Part shown: piece after piece, positions 57,040-64,000 of the stretch | How the letters are laid out: each line of letters opens with the position of its first letter | How positions within the stretch are numbered: the stretch's first letter is position 1 | Origin: Eledone cirrhosa | Lineage: Eukaryota | Assembly: GCA_964016885.1 (NCBI GenBank) | Contig: OZ024745.1 | Coordinates: 94,860,001 to 94,924,000 of the forward strand | Reading direction: 5' to 3' | DNA: 64,000 nt | Made by a program: the position numbers and the translations under genes | The notes under the pieces: generated by a model | Databases searched by the model: none | Seen by the model: only the letters and a program-made list of their open reading frames with translations | Told to the model about the DNA's origin: nothing

Positions 57040-59612
57040 TTAGGGAAGCAGAAAATTGCTTATTGTGATCCAGTTCGTGTTTAAGAAAACCAGTTTCATG
57101 GACGGTTTCAACGTACGGTTAGGGGTAACCCCACAAGTTTGTAAGAATTCCGTTTAATCTTGGAGTATAAAGTATAAAAGAGAAAACACAGGTAAGCATT
57201 AAGAGAAGGATTTTATCCAGGTATTTACGACCGCTTCATTGGTAAGTGCAACCTTATATTGCTATACTGCAAATAGCAGCCATTCAATTGTAATTGTTGT
57301 TCACGTCCAAATTTTCAAAATAGTGAGTAAGTTACTCTTGAAATAATTCTTAATATATAGAGAAAAACATTTTGGGGGAATTGTATTTACTAATATAGAG
57401 AGAGAGGAAGAGGATTTAGAGAGTGAGGGCACAGACGGAATAGTATAGAGAGAGGGGAATGGGGAGAAGAGTTATAAAGTAGAGTGACAAACTGAGATGG
57501 AGGGAGGGGTAGAGGTGGAAGGATGCCTTGATCAGTTTTGATACGTAGACTTCATGTCGTCGATTGTAGTGAGTTAAAGAGAATTAAATTGATCATCGTG
57601 GGAGGGATAGAGAGAGAGAGAGAGGGGGGGATATAAAGCGATAAATATATATATAAAAAAAAAAGGATAAAAAATAATAATGATAAAAATAAAAGTAAAG
57701 AAGGAGGAGAAAGAAGAAAAGAAAAGATAGCCAAAAAGGGGAGGGAAGAAAGGAAGAAAACGAAGAAATAGAAGAGGAATGAAGGAGAAGGGAGGGATAT
57801 AGGTATTGGTTTTTGTGGGTAATTAAAGGAGTTAAATACAATAAGAGGGTATAAAGTCTAAGTATATGCAGTTTGTCAGTTGGTAGTAAGAGGTTGAGGG
57901 TTCGATTTGCACTTGTAGTGCGAAAACTTTTCTTTGAGTCTATGGTTACAATAAATTGATCTTTCGATTTTATTGTTGAGTAACTTATTCTTCGAACTCA
58001 AAATGTGGAACAGCTGAAGGTCACATAATCGGCAGCTTCTCATACCACTCCGATATGGTGGCGCGTTCTATAATTTTTTCCACTTCAGGGTGTATTGATG
58101 GTTACTTTCCCTCAGTTGCCAGGTCTTGTTTGCAAGGGTAGTTACATAACGATGCTGGTAATGTTTCATTGCGTAACGGTGTGTATACCAACGGGCTTTA
58201 AATGTATTCCCAGTCGCTCCGATGTAATACCATTTCTGGTTGTCTGATTCCACTGTGCATTGGTAAACCAGGTTAGACTGCATACATTATATAATGGACA
58301 GGTTTCAGGTAGGTGGCAGTTACAATTCTTGTCATGGGCGACTTTGGCAATATTGGTGGGTTGCGATGCCTGTACAAGTGTGTTACATTTTGTTTGCCTA
58401 TTAGTGGGTGGTTGTGTATTAGATATTCTGTTGTGTTCAATGGTGGTTGTATTGTTATTGTTATAAATTTGTGTTCTGGTGTTGTTACGTATCTTTTTAG
58501 CATTAAGCATCTTAATGTGTGCCTCTATATTTGGTGCCGTGGAGTAGGATAGTCTAATAGATTTAGTGTTAAGGATTTTACTGTATCTATGTGAATCTGG
58601 AAAGTGCTTATTTATTATTCTAAAGAAGGTAGAGGGTAGGTTAGTACTTAAAGAGGTGTTAAATATGGGGTTATACCAAATATATTTTCTACTGCGTGAC
58701 TTGTTTGATTTCGATGGTGTATTTCTATTTACCGCATAATTTGTAGTTCTATGCGTAAATGCGTGTGTGCGTGTGTTTCTGGAGTTTGTGTTATGCGTGT
58801 TCGTGTGCGCTTTGCGGAGGCTTTCATCTATATATTCTACTCTATCTAAGTGGCCTCAAAGAAAAGTGTTCGCACTACAAGTGCAAATCGAAACCTTAAC
58901 CTCTTACTACCAACTGACAAACTGCATATACTTAGACTTTATACCCTCTTATTGTATCTAACCCCTTTAATTACCCACAAAAACCAATACCTATACCCCT
59001 CCCTTCTCCTTCATTCCTCTTCTATTTCTTCCTTTCTTCCCTCCTCTTTTTGGCTATCTTTTCTTTTCTTCTTTCTCCCCCTTCTTTACTTTTATTTTTA
59101 TCATTATTATTTTTATCCCTATTTTTTATATATATATTTATCTCTTTATATCTCCCCCCGTCCATACCCCTATCTCTCTCTCCATCACTCCCACTATGAT
59201 CAATTTAATTCTCTTTAACTCACTACAATCGACGACATGAAGTCTACGTATCAAAACTGATCAAAGAATCCTTCCACCTCTACCCCTCCCTCCATCTCAG
59301 TTTGTCACTCTACTTCATAACTCTTCTCCTCCTTCCTCTCTCTCTATACTATTCCGTCTGTCCCCTCACTTTCTAATTCCTCTTCCTCTCTCTCTATACT
59401 AGTAAATACAATTCCCCAAAAATGTTTTTCTCTATATATTAAGAATTATTTCAAGAGTAACTTACTCACTATTTTGAAAATGTTGACATGAACAACAATT
59501 ATAATTGAATGGCTGCTATTTGCAGTATAGCAATATAAGGTTGCACTTACCAATGAAGTGGTCGTAAATACCTTGATAAAATCCTTCTCTTAATGCTTAT
59601 CTGTGTTTTCTC
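57040..59612 (-). mobile_element. 5'-truncated Hydra-clade-like PLE (endonuclease at ~57950-58330) with ~750-bp inverted 3' copy
   Basis: CNCHLPETCPL...NLVYQC...YIGATG..FKARW; 57180-57937 is inverted at 58855-59612; degenerate HHR-like motifs at 57222-57322 (-) and 59470-59570 (+). Confidence 0.85.
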
Positions 59613-60019
59613 TTTTTTTCTTTTTTACTATTATATATATCGACTTGTGTGTCACTTCTCTACATATTCTCATTCTCTCTGACACACGAGTCGATATATA
59701 TAATAGTAAAAAAGAAAAAAAACAGTAGAACATGCTAAAGGGATTTTCTCTCAGAATAGCAACAAAACATTTATTAACAAAACATTAATTTCCGCATTAT
59801 TTGTACCGGTTTCAGCTTGTAAGCTTCTTCATATTAATAAGAACAATAAGAATATGGGAACACATTTTTTTAATATACATATTTGTCTGTAGTTTCCTTT
59901 CTTTCTGTCTTGGTGTTAACCTTAGCTGTGTCACCATTAATAGTGGAAGTGGCGGGAATAAGCAGGATGAATCAGTTCGTTCTGTTTAATCTGTTGACCT
60001 CGACTGTTGACTCTCAGAG

Positions 60020-60124
<105 letters not shown>

Positions 60125-62050
60125 AACAAAACAATCCGTTTACAATCGGTCCATCTACTCAGTCGATACATTTACAAAAATCGCATGTTGTAAATACGAA
60201 TTTCCAACCCATTGTAGATACTATTCGTTAATTAGTATATAGTCGGCTTAATGTTGGTACAGTTAATAAACCCTTACTGTATCATTTTCATGCCACGTCC
60301 TGTGTACAACAGTTGCATCAGCAAGTGTTACTCGCAGAAGTCATGCAATATTTTCACATATTAGAAATGTTACATAATCAGAACTTACATAACATTTCAT
60401 CAGCGGGATTTCACTCCTTATACAAACGGGAAATTTTTTTTATCCAAAGTCGATGTGATACACCACAATGTTACTGCTAGCAGTTTCATAATGATGGAAG
60501 AATCACGTGATATTCTAAAGAAGAGGGCAATTGAAATCAGCCGTTACGAGAAAAAAACACTTTTGGCAGGAAAGTGTGAATAACTGAAGAAGCTCCTGAA
60601 CTCTCAACCGGGCTATGCGAATAATGAAGGCAGAGATGCAAAATACGTACAACTCGAAATAATATTTAAAAAAATAGTGTTCAACTTATGATTAAAGGCA
60701 ACTGTGCCACCTACCATATTATATAAATTAAGTTTAACGAAACTATCCGTTTACTATTCGTCTAGCTCCGGCCGTTATCTCCTCGTTGGATGCATTTACA
60801 AAGATTGTATGTTGTAAATACGTATTTGCAAGCCAGAGTGGACACTATTCCTTAAACAGTAGATAAACGATTTAGTGTGGTTATAGTCATTTATCTTAAT
60901 GTTGTTTCTTATACTTCCACTGCGTGGAATCAGATGCTTTGAAAGTGACATTAAACTTCATTAGCGTTTCCCTAACTATTTTTATTTTTAAACTCTGTAC
61001 TACTAAATTCTTAATTAAATTCTTTATTTGTTAATAAAATCAATGCTAGGGATTAATCGATTTTTCACCACTGCCAGAGCACATTAAGTGAAGTATATAA
61101 TTGACCTTATAGGCAAGCTTTATGACTTGTAGATAGTTAGATGTTTCACCGAAGGAAATAATATTTGGGATATATTTTTCCTAGAATTTAATTCTGAACA
61201 TTACATTACCAACATCAAAACCTACTGATATCAGCCTTACATTTTATTTCTCCATTGCCCAGAAAATAATCACCTGTATGATTATAAGTTATTTTATATC
61301 ACCTTGATTCCATTTCTGTATAACGTCACCGTGCGACACATCTAACCATTACCATTTGAAAGAGGACATTAAAGAGTTCCTAGTAACTGTTTCAACTCCA
61401 GATATTGACGTCTTCCACAACTATATTTTAAGTTTAAATTTTCAGAGAAAAAAATCATATCTTTTCCTTGCGGGAAAATCTATTTTCTAGAAACTTACTG
61501 ATATGTAGAAATTAACTATAAAGCTTTACTTGATGTTAAATATTATCATTCATAAGTGTCATTGAATGGAATTATCTTCTGGCAGGATTCTAAGATTGAT
61601 CTCATTGCAATTGATACAGTGTTGTTTATTAGGGCAAGTCACTTAATCTTACATTTTTATGCCTTCATGCTGAGCTAAGAAAATGTCGTCTTTATTAGTA
61701 CAATGCCTCCAATTTTTCCCCGAAGTAATAATTATTTCAGCCTTGTCGAGTAACATGACATTAACAAATTAGTTTAGCTAAGCTTATACAAATTAATAAG
61801 TCATTATATCATGGTGTTAATCTTGCAGATGATTTATTGACAGGTGCATCTGTATTGTTGATAGATACAGAAACTAATTTTCTGATATAGAATCTGCTTA
61901 ATAATGAAAGAAGGTTTTTAGCTGAAGCATGGTTTTGGGGTCTATAATCAACGGATTTAATCATGTTTCTACATATGACATGAGAGTCATTCCATGGAAC
62001 ATAGAACCATTACATTTAATCGTGTTTCATTATATGACATGAGAGTCGCT

Positions 62051-62236
62051 GTGGATTGGCAGTATCGGTAGAGGGTCGGACGCCATGCGTTGACCTATAG
62101 AGTTACGGCCCTTGCTATTCTGAGTTTAAATCCCGCCGAGGTTAACTTTGCCTTTCATCCTTATGGGGTTGAAAAAATAAAGTACCAGTAATACGCTGGT
62201 TATTTCTGGCCTTGTGCCAAAAGTAGAAACAATTAT
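62051..62236 (+). mobile_element. tRNA-derived SINE, family A
   Basis: A-box, B-box and central domain. Confidence 0.85.
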
Positions 62237-64000
62237 ATGACATGAGAGTCATCCCATAGAACATAGGACTATTACATTTAATCATGTTTCCTTATATGGC
62301 ATGAGAGCCATTCCATGAAACATGGGTCCTTTATATATATACTTATATGTTTTCATATTTACAAATATTTCTATTTAAATGAGGACTATATTACATCTTA
62401 AAAATGAGAGAATATTGAATATTAGGATTATTTTTATAAACATTTCGTGCTGTTCAAAGTCTTGGTCTGTCCACACAAGACCCGTCCTCTGGTTTCATAT
62501 TTTTTCCCCTTTTACTGATTTTTAGTATACAGAGTGAGAAGATATTGTTAACCTCTTGTCTACCAATTTTTCATTTCATAGAGGAAAAGGACATTGTGAA
62601 TCGACACAATTACCTTCTTACAGTGCATCACTAACGATTCTGGAAGTGTGAGGGAGAGATGAACGAATTTACCCAGTACTTTACTGGTATTGTCGATAAT
62701 TACTGTTATAGAAAGAATGAAAGTTTTTACCTCACCTTGATCTGAAGTACGAGCACAAAGAGCCGGAAAAATGACCACCTTGATATGAATTCTCATAATC
62801 TTCTACATTGAAATCAGTTAAACAATATTTTCTTATCCGTGTCCAATTCGTTGCACCACAATATTTTCACAGGAGATTCCCCTAAGACATTTTCAGATTT
62901 CAGTTCACCACAAAATATGTTAGTTTTTATTTGATATGTTTTCTCCTGGGGAGAAAACCTAATGTCAATATGTCCTGAAGTGTTTGACGGAGTAACTTAC
63001 TGATTCAGCATATTTAATTCTACAAATATTATACAATATTTTTATACGTTTAACCTGTATATAGAAATTATTCTTTACTGCAATAATCAGTCACTGACAT
63101 GACATTCCAAGCTGAGATAATTAGCAACAAATGAGAGATCCGATTGTCAAAACTGGGCTTATCTTTTCAACAGATAATTTGCTTAACACATTTCATTTCA
63201 CCAATCGATTTTGTCACTGATGCTTCTACTTTTACATCATTGTATTCTTTTCTTCTATTTTGCTGTTAGCAGATGCGCTATTTGTACAATTTCCTATTGC
63301 GATCGTCAGTTACATTCTAAAAATCTATCTATCTTTTAATGTAACATATTATTTCTGTCACGCTAGCAAACATTTTGCAGACAGTTTAATAGTTCTATGC
63401 AGACAGGTAACTGCCTGGTCATCACGATAGTTTAAATTACTTTAGCGCTTGTCTGTAATGTTTCTTTTAAATACAATAGTTGCTTATTTAAACGTAGTTA
63501 GTAGATAACCCTAATGATACCAAATCGCATGAAATCACGCTAGTTCTATGATACTATATTGTCTGTTTTAAGGTGTATATATTTTTCTAAACATATTCCA
63601 CCATAGTTTTCATAATTTTATGTAAAAACCTATATTAAGTTATACTAGCAGAAAAACCATCCTTAGGGTGGTTTTCTGCTAGTATGTGTAGTGTGCCTAT
63701 TGATATTATACGCAAATATATATGCATGTAGATATGATACGTCAAAAAAAATCGTAATTGGCAATATCCACAGAAATTAAAGAGCGACTGTGTTACACTC
63801 TCTTCTGCAATCAGTAAAGTAATTCATGATACATTTTAAAAAGACGATAATATATATAAGCTGCATTGGGAGAAAATTAACGACGGAAATATATGTGATG
63901 TTTTTATAAGTGTTATAATATAACGAACGCTAACCGGAAGTGTTGACGTTTGAAAATTTTAAAGAAGTGAATCTTTAAATAAGCAATGCAATTATTTATA

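Noticed and set aside
60340-60420. Minus-strand CUGAUGA followed by a hairpin
   Set aside because: GAAA is not adjacent to the stem and no stem I partner is present.

Overview
AT-rich, microsatellite-saturated animal genomic DNA; the SINE family and repeat landscape suggest a mollusc, probably a coleoid cephalopod (inference). The only host coding sequence I can support is one exon (20154-20466, +) of a class A peptide GPCR. I found no next exon, so most of the downstream ~43 kb is probably intron. The rest is transposon-derived: a near-intact Hydra-clade-like Penelope-like element (PLE; RT + C-terminal GIY-YIG) inside ~2.9-kb inverted arms, a C-rich Neptune-type PLE, several PLE fragments, RTE, R4/Dong-like and L1/Tx1 fragments, a Chapaev3-like DNA transposon, a non-autonomous Helitron and many tRNA-derived SINEs. 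The main signal is invisible in the ORF track: about 25 type I hammerhead ribozyme (HHR) motifs from roughly 15 sequence families, folded by eye. They sit in PLE pseudo-LTRs and small ORF-less retrozyme-like units inserted in (TA)n. Many have greatly enlarged stem II/III, variant cores (U3-A8, C4, mismatched base of stem II) and fold-back antisense partners. None of these folds is computed or experimentally tested. Almost all other ORFs in the track are microsatellite artefacts.
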